In this document: positions 38,334 to 46,613 of the stretch, in pieces
Layout: the number at the start of each line of letters is the position of its first letter
Numbering within the stretch: the first letter of the stretch is position 1
Assembly: GCA_965249865.1 (NCBI GenBank)
Contig: CBDFMZ010000002.1
Coordinates: 1,483,304 to 1,547,303 of the forward strand
Direction: 5' to 3'
Length of the DNA stretch: 64,000 nt
Source of the DNA: Acidobacteriota bacterium
GTDB lineage: Bacteria; Acidobacteriota; UBA6911; RPQK01; CBDFMZ01
Translations under genes and position numbers: made by a program
The notes under the pieces: model-generated
Database searches by the model: none
Told to the model about the DNA's origin: nothing
What the model saw: the letters and a program-made list of their open reading frames with translations, nothing else

Positions 38334-38834
38334 ATGCTGAACGATTCGTTCTTAACCAGTCGCCTAGATAAGGCCCTTGGCTGGGCCCGAAAGTTTTCCA
38401 TCTTCCAGTACCCCTTTGTTACCGCCTGCTGCGGGATGGAGTATATGGCAACAGCCTGTTCTCACTATGACGTCGACCGCTTTGGAGCGGGCTTTCCCCG
38501 GTTTTCTCCGCGCCAAGCCGACGTGCTTTTCGTGGTGGGCACGATCAGTCACAAGATGGCACCCGCCCTCAAACGCATCCACGACCAGATGGCCGAGCCG
38601 AAATGGGTCGTTGCTTTTGGAGTCTGCACCTGTACGGGCGGCTTCTATGACAACTATGCAACCGTGATGGGTATTGACACGATCATGCCGGTGGATATCT
38701 ACATTCCGGGTTGCCCACCGAGGCCGGAGTCCGTTCTGGACGGGCTAATGAAGCTCCAGGAAAAGATTCAAAACCAACACACCACAGGCCAACGATCCGC
38801 ACCTGAGCCTCGCCCGGACTCCTTCAAACAATGA
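38334..38834 (+). CDS. nuoB: NADH-quinone oxidoreductase subunit B
   Basis: ACCGMEYM, GVCTCTGG and PGCPPRPE are the N2 Fe-S cluster Cys motifs of NuoB. The start was placed at ATG 38334 (MLNDSF...). Confidence 0.9.
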   Translation: MLNDSFLTSRLDKALGWARKFSIFQYPFVTACCGMEYMATACSHYDVDRFGAGFPRFSPRQADVLFVVGTISHKMAPALKRIHDQMAEPKWVVAFGVCTCTGGFYDNYATVMGIDTIMPVDIYIPGCPPRPESVLDGLMKLQEKIQNQHTTGQRSAPEPRPDSFKQ

Positions 38835-39412
38835 ATAACCCTTCTTTGATTGAGTCTGTCCGTGAACGCTTCCCCGGTGCGGTGTCGACTTCTCACGCCT
38901 ACCGTGGCGACGAAACAGTCGTTCTGCGCCCGGAGTTTCTCCTCGAGGTCGCACGGTTCCTCAAAGAAGATCCGTCCCTGCGGATGAATTTCCTCATGGA
39001 CTTGACCGCTCTGGATTACTCCACCTTTGGCAAAAGTCCTGCGCCGGCTTTCTTTGCTTCCTCGGGTATAACGCTGCGTCCCTTATCCGAGATCCCGGAT
39101 GCGGAACCGTGGCCTGGTCCGCCGGAACAAACACGCTTCGCCGTGGTGTACCACTTCTATTCTCTGAAGCACAAACACCGCCTCAGGCTGGTGGTCTTGG
39201 TGGAAGAGACCGAGCCTGAGCTGGATTCCCTGACCGCATTGTGGGCTGGTGCAAACTGGCTCGAGCGGGAGGTTTGGGACATGTTTGGTATCCGATTCCG
39301 AGGACATCCCGATTTGAAACGAATTCTGATGTACGAAGAGTTCGAAGGACACGCTCTGCGTAAGGACTACCCCGTGAACAAGCGGCAACCCCTGATCGGT
39401 CCGACCAACTGA
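38831..39412 (+). CDS. nuoC: NADH-quinone oxidoreductase subunit C
   Basis: ...WAGANWLEREVWDMFGIRFRGHPDLKRILMYEEFEGHALRKDYPV is the conserved NuoC/30-kDa C-terminal block. Confidence 0.85.
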   Translation: MNNPSLIESVRERFPGAVSTSHAYRGDETVVLRPEFLLEVARFLKEDPSLRMNFLMDLTALDYSTFGKSPAPAFFASSGITLRPLSEIPDAEPWPGPPEQTRFAVVYHFYSLKHKHRLRLVVLVEETEPELDSLTALWAGANWLEREVWDMFGIRFRGHPDLKRILMYEEFEGHALRKDYPVNKRQPLIGPTN

Positions 39413-39421
39413 TGGTAATCC

Positions 39422-39697
39422 GTGGGTCGGTATGTCTTTGGTCTATGGTTCTCCGATGACAACCAGTTCCTCGTGCTTTACTCGGAATCTCATTCGTCGT
39501 CGAGGACAGAAACGATGAGCTTGGACCTTGTCCAGGACTGGAATACGGCAACAATTGCAATTACAACGACCACCATTGAGGGTCTGTGGGTTGTTGGGTT
39601 GCCGGATATTGCCAATGTACGTGGCCCTAAGAAATATCCTCTTCTGAACACCGAGCATCTTTTTGGAGCGATAGTCCAAAGATCCATTAAGCCCTAG
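39422..39697 (+). CDS. Small hypothetical ORF (91 aa) in the atypical 325-bp nuoC-nuoD spacer
   Basis: The ORF fills most of the spacer and no family was recognised. It may be non-coding. Confidence 0.2.
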   Translation: MGRYVFGLWFSDDNQFLVLYSESHSSSRTETMSLDLVQDWNTATIAITTTTIEGLWVVGLPDIANVRGPKKYPLLNTEHLFGAIVQRSIKP

Positions 39698-39737
39698 ACC
39701 CATGAAACCATGCACCCACACACCCACCTCCCCCCCC

Positions 39738-41099
39738 ATGGAGACATCCCAGACGACTTTGAGCAACACCCCGGATCTCGAGACGCGCGATATGATGCTC
39801 AACATTGGCCCAGCCCACCCGGCTATGCACGGCATCATTCGGATCGTGGCCGAGCTCGATGGAGAGCAAATCCGAAGCGCCGAAGTAGAAATCGGCTACC
39901 TTCACCGTGGCTTTGAAAAAATGGCGGAAGTGGTGGATTACAATGGTGTAGTACCCTACACTGACCGGCTCAACTACGTCTCCCCGCTCATAAACAACAT
40001 GGGATACTGCATGACCGTGGAAAAACTGCTCGGGATCTCGGTCCCCGAGCGCTGCCATTACATACGGATCATCGTCTCGGAAATTTCCCGGATCACGGAC
40101 CACCTCACCTGCGTGGGGGCGACCGCCATGGAGTTGGGGGCCTTTAGCGTCTTTCTCTACCTAATCAAGGCCCGCGAGTATCTCTGGGATCTTGTGGAGA
40201 TGGTGACCGGAGCACGTTTGACAGTCAGCTACTGCCGCGTGGGCGGAGTGAAGGCGGACCTTCCCAAAGATTTTTCCGAGGCTTGCCACAAGGCATTCGA
40301 GGAGACACGCAAGGTTCTCGGCGAGGCGGATGGACTCCTCACTCGCAACCGTATCTTCACAGACCGAATGAAAGGAACAGGCGTGATCTCCGTTGAAGAC
40401 GCCATCTCCTATGGAATCACAGGCCCCTTTCTTCGTGCCAGCGGCGCGGACTACGACGTACGTAAGGACTGCCCATATGCCGTCTACGAGCGGCTGCCTT
40501 TCGATGTTCCGGTGGGAACCCATGGGGACAACATGGATCGTTACCTCGTACGTATGGAGGAGATGGAACAGTCTATGCGCATCGTGGAGTCAGCGCTGCG
40601 AGACATGCCGAGCGGTCCGATTCTTACAAATCCTGAGACAGGACGGCCCATCCCAGCCGCGGATATGGTGGACCTGGCCAAGGTAGGTAACATAGAGACC
40701 ATAACAGGTGGATGTGCTGTGGTCGGTCCAACTCTCAGTGGCTCTGGTCGCGCCCAGCATCCCTCGATAGCTGCTGATGAAAAAAGGGCCTTTCTCCCTC
40801 CCAAAGAGGACACCTACGGCAACATCGAAGGACTCATGAACCATTTCAAGCTGGTCATGTTCGGCCACGGGGTTCGACCGCCCAAGGGAGAGGTCTACTT
40901 TCCTGTGGAAGGGGCGAACGGAGAGCTCGGGTTTTACGTGGTGAGCGACGGAGCAGGACGTCCCTACCGAGTTCGGGTTCGTCCGCCCTGTTTCGCCATC
41001 ATGTCGGCCCTATCCAAGCTCCTGGTCGGAGATATGATGGCCGATATGATCCCCACCTTCGGATCGGTCAATATGATCGGAGGAGAGCTCGATCGATGA
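39738..41099 (+). CDS. nuoD: NADH-quinone oxidoreductase subunit D
   Basis: MMLNIGPAHPAMHGIIRIVAELDGE...RLNYVSP is the NuoD/49-kDa N-terminal motif. The start is ambiguous (39702 or 39738), and a C8 homopolymer sits just upstream. Confidence 0.85.
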   Translation: METSQTTLSNTPDLETRDMMLNIGPAHPAMHGIIRIVAELDGEQIRSAEVEIGYLHRGFEKMAEVVDYNGVVPYTDRLNYVSPLINNMGYCMTVEKLLGISVPERCHYIRIIVSEISRITDHLTCVGATAMELGAFSVFLYLIKAREYLWDLVEMVTGARLTVSYCRVGGVKADLPKDFSEACHKAFEETRKVLGEADGLLTRNRIFTDRMKGTGVISVEDAISYGITGPFLRASGADYDVRKDCPYAVYERLPFDVPVGTHGDNMDRYLVRMEEMEQSMRIVESALRDMPSGPILTNPETGRPIPAADMVDLAKVGNIETITGGCAVVGPTLSGSGRAQHPSIAADEKRAFLPPKEDTYGNIEGLMNHFKLVMFGHGVRPPKGEVYFPVEGANGELGFYVVSDGAGRPYRVRVRPPCFAIMSALSKLLVGDMMADMIPTFGSVNMIGGELDR

Positions 41100-41160
41100 G
41101 TATTTTAGATCAGTGAGTCTCACAAATTAAACCCATGAACCTATAAACCAACAAAGAATA

Positions 41161-42957
41161 ATGACCGCGGATTTAGAAGCAAAGGCTCAGCAGATCCTTA
41201 AACTTTACGAGCAACCTAAGGCAGCGATGCTACCGCTCTTATGGCTCGTCCAGGAGAATCAAGGCTATGTATCCCAGGAAGCGGAGACTTGGGTGGGACA
41301 CATCCTGGGTGTGACTCGTTCCCATGTGCGCGAAGCGATCTCTTTCTACACCATGTTCCACACCAAACCAGTGGGCAGACGCGAGCTTCGGGTCTGCACG
41401 AGTCTACCTTGTCTTTTGCGCGGTTCTACGGATGTACTGGGTCAAATCAAGGAAAATCTGAAGATTAGCCCCGGGGAGACCAACCCGGGTCAAGAGGTCA
41501 CCCTCACAGAAGTTGAGTGTTTGTGCGCCTGCGAAATGTCACCGATGGCCCAACTCGACGAAGCCTTCATCGGACCTCTCGAAGGAGAGACCATGGATGC
41601 TGTTCTTCGGGCCTCACTCGAAAATCCTGAATACTCGAATCCTTTACCAGAACCTGAACCTTTCATCTCTACCAATGGGCCAGTGCTCTCCATGCGCTTC
41701 AAGGATCGGGACGGGACTTGGTTGGAAGACTACCTTGCTGACGGTGGATATCTAGCGGCCAAGAAGGCTCTCACCTCAATGGCCCCAGAACAGGTGATCG
41801 AGGAGATCTCCAAAGCCAACTTGCGCGGTCTGGGTGGGGCGGGGTTTCCAGCCGGCAGGAAATGGTCCTTTATTCCCAAAGACACGACCAAACCAAAGTA
41901 CCTGGTAGTCAATGCAGACGAGGGTGAACCAGGCACCTTCAAAGACCGCTACATCATGGAGCGGGATCCGCACGCCCTAGTCGAAGGCATGATTATTTCA
42001 GCCTATGCCATCGGCAGCCACAAAGCCTATGTTTACGTCCGGGGCGAGTACTTCCGGCCGGCTAAACGTTTGCAGCACGCCCTGGATGAGGCCTATGGCC
42101 AGGCGTGGTTAGGCAAGAATATCCAGGGGACCGGTTTTGATTTAGACGTTGTCATTCACCGAGGTGCCGGGGCGTATATCTGCGGAGAAGAGACCGCGCT
42201 CTTGACATCGCTCGAGGGTGGAAAGGGCTTTCCTAGGCTCAAGCCTCCCTTTCCGGCCATTTCGGGCCTGTTCTCCTGCCCTACCATCGTCAACAATGTG
42301 GAGACTCTAGCCTGCGTCCCATTCATCGTGCGGAACGGAGCAAAACATTTTGCCGACATTGGCACGGCCAAACAGGGCGGCACCCGACTCTTCTGCGTTA
42401 GCGGACACGTAGCCCAGCCCGGCCTCCATGAGGCGCCGGTCAGCATAACCCTACGGGAACTCATCGCCGCCGCCGGTGGTGTCCGGGATGGCAAGCAGCT
42501 CAAGGCCGTCATTCCTGGTGGCATCTCAGCCAAGATACTGACGGCCGATGAGATCGACGTAACCATGGACTTCGACTCCCTTATGGCCGCCGGAAGCATG
42601 GCAGGATCCGGAGGAGTGATCGTGATGGACGAGACAACGTGCATGATCGATATACTCTTATCAGCGACCCGGTTCTTCGCCCATGAGTCTTGCGGACAAT
42701 GCTCACCGTGCCGCGAGGGGACCGGTTGGGTCTATCGCATAGTACGCCGAATCGTCGAGGGGCGTGGGAGTCTGAAAGACCTGGACGACCTCCTCGCCAT
42801 TGCCGGCGACATGGAAGGGAATACTATTTGTGTCTTCGCCGATGCAGCTGCCTGGCCGGTCCAATCCTACATCACGAAGTTTCGGAACGAGTTTGAGGAG
42901 TACATTCAGAGTCACCGTGACACTGGGAAGAAGGAGGTATCCGAATGCCCAGTCTAA
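41161..42957 (+). CDS. nuoEF: Fused NuoE-NuoF (24-kDa 2Fe-2S subunit fused to 51-kDa NADH/FMN subunit)
   Basis: The first ~160 aa (CTSLPC...ECLCAC, a thioredoxin-like 2Fe-2S pattern) is followed without a stop by the NuoF motifs GLGGAGFPAGRKWSF (FMN/NADH site) and ESCGQCSPCREGTGW (N3 4Fe-4S). Length is 598 aa. Confidence 0.85.
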   Translation: MTADLEAKAQQILKLYEQPKAAMLPLLWLVQENQGYVSQEAETWVGHILGVTRSHVREAISFYTMFHTKPVGRRELRVCTSLPCLLRGSTDVLGQIKENLKISPGETNPGQEVTLTEVECLCACEMSPMAQLDEAFIGPLEGETMDAVLRASLENPEYSNPLPEPEPFISTNGPVLSMRFKDRDGTWLEDYLADGGYLAAKKALTSMAPEQVIEEISKANLRGLGGAGFPAGRKWSFIPKDTTKPKYLVVNADEGEPGTFKDRYIMERDPHALVEGMIISAYAIGSHKAYVYVRGEYFRPAKRLQHALDEAYGQAWLGKNIQGTGFDLDVVIHRGAGAYICGEETALLTSLEGGKGFPRLKPPFPAISGLFSCPTIVNNVETLACVPFIVRNGAKHFADIGTAKQGGTRLFCVSGHVAQPGLHEAPVSITLRELIAAAGGVRDGKQLKAVIPGGISAKILTADEIDVTMDFDSLMAAGSMAGSGGVIVMDETTCMIDILLSATRFFAHESCGQCSPCREGTGWVYRIVRRIVEGRGSLKDLDDLLAIAGDMEGNTICVFADAAAWPVQSYITKFRNEFEEYIQSHRDTGKKEVSECPV

Positions 42958-44618
42958 GCATCGACAACCGCGACATAAACGTGCCTGAGGGAACCACCGT
43001 CATCCAGGCCGCAGAGACACTGGGGATTTACATTCCGCGTTACTGCTACCACCCGGGGCTATCCATCGCGGGAAACTGTCGTATCTGCCTCGTGGAAGTG
43101 GAAAGGTTCCCCAAGCTCCAGATTGCCTGTAACACGCTCGCGACCAAGGGGATGGTTGTGCACACCAAAAGCCGCAAGGCCGAAGCCGGCCAGCGCGCTG
43201 TGCTGGAGTTCCTTCTAGCCAACCACCCGCTCGACTGCCCGGTCTGCGACCAATCCGGCGAATGTGACCTACAAAATTTCTACATGAATTTTGGGCTCTA
43301 TAATCCGCGGTTCCGAGAACACAAGGTTAAAAAGAAAAAAGCCGTGCAACTGGGCCCCCATGTAATGTTGGACCAAGAGCGCTGTATCCTCTGTTCCCGC
43401 TGTGTGCGCTTCACAGACGAGATCTCCAAGACTGGAGAGTTCGGCATTTTTAATCGTGGGGATCGGGCTGAGTTGGGACTCTACCCTGGCGATGTACTCG
43501 ATAATCCCTACTCGGCCAACGTGGTAGATATCTGCCCCGTGGGAGCACTCACCGAAAGTGATTTTCGTTTCAAGACTAGGGTCTGGTACCTCTCCAGCGC
43601 CCCTACGCTCTGCAACGGCTGTAGCCAAGGATGCAACATGGATATCCATTTCGTGCTCGACCGACCTCATCTGAACAACGGAGCTCGGGTCCTACGCGTC
43701 AAGCCCCGCTATAATCCGGACGTCAATCAATGGTGGTTGTGCGATGAGGGGCGCTACGGCTTTGGCTGGCTGGATCAGGCACGGTTGAATAAGGTACGTG
43801 GACCGTCAGGAGAGGCTACCTGGGAGCAAGCCCTCACAGAGATCTCAACTGCCTTGAAAGGCTCGGACCAGGAAGAGGCCCTTGGGCGAAACACGGCCAA
43901 GGACGAGAGAGGGGCCTACGGTAAAATTGGTGTGATTATCTCCGCCCGACTAACCAGCGAGGAGCTATTTCTGATCCGGGAGATTTTTCAGCGTGTCCTG
44001 GGTGCACAAGTTAGCGCCTCTATCGTGGAGGAAAAAGGGTCCTGTGATGACTTCCTGATCAGGGGAGACAAAAATCCGAACACCCTAGGCGCAACCTGGT
44101 TGGGCTTGGCGGGTCGAGACACACCAGACGCCAGTCAGATTGTGGACCAAGCATTAGACGGAAAACTCGAGGTCCTGTGGGTCTTCGGTCACGATCTGGT
44201 GAAACTTTTCGGGGTAGAGAAAGTCCGAAAGCTCTCAGAAAAATTGCGGCTCTTCGTTTTTTCCGGCACCAACGAAAACCCGACGGTGGCTTTGGCCCAT
44301 TGGGTCCTACCTACTGCAGCCTATGTGGAGAAGGACGGCACCTTCGTGAACTGCCAAGGTCGAATTCAACGCATCGGGCGAGCCTTTCCGCCACTCCATC
44401 ACTCCCGAGAGGACTGGCGTATCCTCCTGGAATTAGCCGGGAAATTGGGTCTGCCGCTCGATTGGCACACCCCGGAGGATATCTTCCAAGGGCTTGCCAG
44501 TGTGTTAGCACCTTTCCAAGGATTGAGCTATGAAAAGATCGGAGCTCAAGGAGTTGACGTCGAGACGACCAAGTCCACCTCAGGGGCAACTGCACCACAA
44601 TGGAAATTTTTCTCATAA
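42945..44618 (+). CDS. nuoG: NADH-quinone oxidoreductase subunit G (short form, 557 aa)
   Basis: N-terminal 2Fe-2S (CYHPGLSIAGNCRIC), then HPLDCPVCDQSGECDLQ and CILCSRCVRF 4Fe-4S motifs. It is shorter than the 700-900 aa proteobacterial forms. Confidence 0.85.
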   Translation: MPSLSIDNRDINVPEGTTVIQAAETLGIYIPRYCYHPGLSIAGNCRICLVEVERFPKLQIACNTLATKGMVVHTKSRKAEAGQRAVLEFLLANHPLDCPVCDQSGECDLQNFYMNFGLYNPRFREHKVKKKKAVQLGPHVMLDQERCILCSRCVRFTDEISKTGEFGIFNRGDRAELGLYPGDVLDNPYSANVVDICPVGALTESDFRFKTRVWYLSSAPTLCNGCSQGCNMDIHFVLDRPHLNNGARVLRVKPRYNPDVNQWWLCDEGRYGFGWLDQARLNKVRGPSGEATWEQALTEISTALKGSDQEEALGRNTAKDERGAYGKIGVIISARLTSEELFLIREIFQRVLGAQVSASIVEEKGSCDDFLIRGDKNPNTLGATWLGLAGRDTPDASQIVDQALDGKLEVLWVFGHDLVKLFGVEKVRKLSEKLRLFVFSGTNENPTVALAHWVLPTAAYVEKDGTFVNCQGRIQRIGRAFPPLHHSREDWRILLELAGKLGLPLDWHTPEDIFQGLASVLAPFQGLSYEKIGAQGVDVETTKSTSGATAPQWKFFS

Positions 44619-45694
44619 AGCTCGTGTTGGCGGGGATCGTTTTTTTCGCGGTCTTAAACTTCGCAGGACTCCATACCTGGGTGGAACGGAAACAGTCCGC
44701 TCTCATCCAGGACCGGATCGGGGCTAACCGAGCCGACATCTTTGGATTCCGATTCTTGGGAGTCTTCCACGGCATCGCCGATGCGATCAAGATGTTCACT
44801 AAGGAGGACATCGTACCTGAGAGAGCAGACAGGACGCTGCACACACTGGCTCCCTTATTCTCGGTCTTCTTCGCTCTGGTGGCCTTTGCCGCAATCCCGT
44901 TTGGAGACCGCTTCATCATGGAAAGCGGCCGGATTATAGAACTCCAAGTGGTCAAGCTGGACGTAGCCCTGCTCTACGTCTTTGCCATGCTCTCTCTGGG
45001 AGTCTATGGTGTGATTCTTGCTGGGTTTGCCTCGGGCAACAACTACGCAATCCTGGGAGGATTAAGGGCCACCGCACAGATAATCTCCTATGAGATCGCC
45101 CTGGGCATCTCCGTCATTGGCGTGGTTATGGTCTACGGGACCATGGATCTGTCTGAGCTAGTGCGGGCTCAAGGCCAGATGATTGGCGGTTGGATCCCTT
45201 TCTGGGGTTTCCTAGTCCAACCCGTGGCCTTCGTGGTCTTCATAACCGCAGCACTGGCTGAAACCAAGAGGCTTCCGTTTGACCTGCCGGAAGCGGAGCC
45301 CGAAATCATTGGGTACTTCGTGGAGTACAGCGGAATGAAGTTCGGCATGTTCTTCCTCACAGACTTCCTGGAGACCATCATGGTGGCATGCCTGGGAACC
45401 ACACTTTTTTTCGGCGGGTGGCAGGTGCCCTTCCTCGAACCGAACGGCTTCCACTTCCCTTGGGGAGGTGAGCTCTTGGTCTCCCAATTGGTCTATGTCT
45501 TACTCGGGGTTTTGAGCTTCTCGATCAAGGTTGTGATCTTTTGCTGGTTCTTCATGCAAATTCGCTGGACTCTGCCGCGTTTCCGTTACGATCAACTTAT
45601 GAAGCTAGGCTGGAAGGCTCTCTTCCCGATTTCGGTGGTCAACGTCGTAGTAACAGGCGTGGTACTGGTCTTTTTCGGGGAGGTGCCTTCATGA
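44600..45694 (+). CDS. nuoH: NADH-quinone oxidoreductase subunit H
   Basis: ERKQSALIQDRIGANR...GIADAIKMFTKED...YEIALGISVIGVVM are the ND1/NuoH signatures. Confidence 0.9.
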   Translation: MEIFLIKLVLAGIVFFAVLNFAGLHTWVERKQSALIQDRIGANRADIFGFRFLGVFHGIADAIKMFTKEDIVPERADRTLHTLAPLFSVFFALVAFAAIPFGDRFIMESGRIIELQVVKLDVALLYVFAMLSLGVYGVILAGFASGNNYAILGGLRATAQIISYEIALGISVIGVVMVYGTMDLSELVRAQGQMIGGWIPFWGFLVQPVAFVVFITAALAETKRLPFDLPEAEPEIIGYFVEYSGMKFGMFFLTDFLETIMVACLGTTLFFGGWQVPFLEPNGFHFPWGGELLVSQLVYVLLGVLSFSIKVVIFCWFFMQIRWTLPRFRYDQLMKLGWKALFPISVVNVVVTGVVLVFFGEVPS

Positions 45695-46314
45695 CCGTAA
45701 AAGTTGTCCGGAGACCCGAGCTGAATTTCTGGGAAAAACTCTATCTCCCCCAGATCTTTTCGGGCCTTAAGATAACCACCAGACACTTCTTCCGTAACCT
45801 TTTTCTCCACATTGCCCACCTTGTGGGTTGTTTCAAGCACTTTCCCGCCTCTGTCACCATCCAATATCCCGAGGAGTTGAGGCCCCTAATGTCGCGATTC
45901 CGCAGCCGCCACCGACTCACCCTCCGCGAGGACAACACCCCCCGCTGCGTGGGATGCATGCTCTGCGAGACGGTCTGCCCGGCCAAGTGCATCACCATCG
46001 TGCCCGGAGAACACCCTGAACCCCACGTCGAGAAGTATCCACTTCGCTTTGACATCGACCTTGGCGTCTGCGTCTACTGTGGTTACTGCGTTGAGGTGTG
46101 CCCTGAGGACGCGATCCGAATGGACACTGGAATTCTGGACATAGCGGCATACTCAAGGGAAGAAATGAAACTAGACATCCATGAACTCATGGACCCCAAG
46201 CTTCGTAAACCGATCCACGAATGCAGCCTGAAATTCCCTCACCAGTGCGGGTTAGCCGATGGAAAGATGAGGGGTAGTTGGGAAAAGATAAAGGGTCGTA
46301 GGGCAGGTCATTAA
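45691..46314 (+). CDS. nuoI: NADH-quinone oxidoreductase subunit I
   Basis: Two CxxCxxCxxxCP ferredoxin motifs (CVGCMLCETVCP; CVYCGYCVEVCP). The start was set at ATG 45691 (MTVKVV), which overlaps the nuoH stop. Confidence 0.9.
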   Translation: MTVKVVRRPELNFWEKLYLPQIFSGLKITTRHFFRNLFLHIAHLVGCFKHFPASVTIQYPEELRPLMSRFRSRHRLTLREDNTPRCVGCMLCETVCPAKCITIVPGEHPEPHVEKYPLRFDIDLGVCVYCGYCVEVCPEDAIRMDTGILDIAAYSREEMKLDIHELMDPKLRKPIHECSLKFPHQCGLADGKMRGSWEKIKGRRAGH

Positions 46315-46613
46315 ATCCACTGAAAAATTTAGATAATAGAACTTGTTATCCTTGGGGTCCAAGTGGGACGATTGGCTTAATAGGCAAGGCAGAATCGACC
46401 CGCATTCGCCTCTTCGTGTTGAACCCCAGAACCAAGGAGGACCCTTTACCCTTAACAAGCGCAAGATTCTTAGGAAATGATACTTTTTGTATCATAAGTG
46501 ATGTCTAGTTTGTTATTTTGGTACTTGAGTTTCACTTTGGGTAACAGCATCTTCACTCAGTTGATGAGTCGTAGGGTCTCGTACCATCGTTCGGCAGCGG
46601 GAAGAATTCAGAA

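Noticed and set aside
46540-46580. GUUGAUGAG...GGGAAG resembling a hammerhead ribozyme core (CUGAUGA...GAAA)
   Set aside because: The first position is U, not C (TTGATGA), and no convincing stems I, II or III could be paired around it. It is probably chance.
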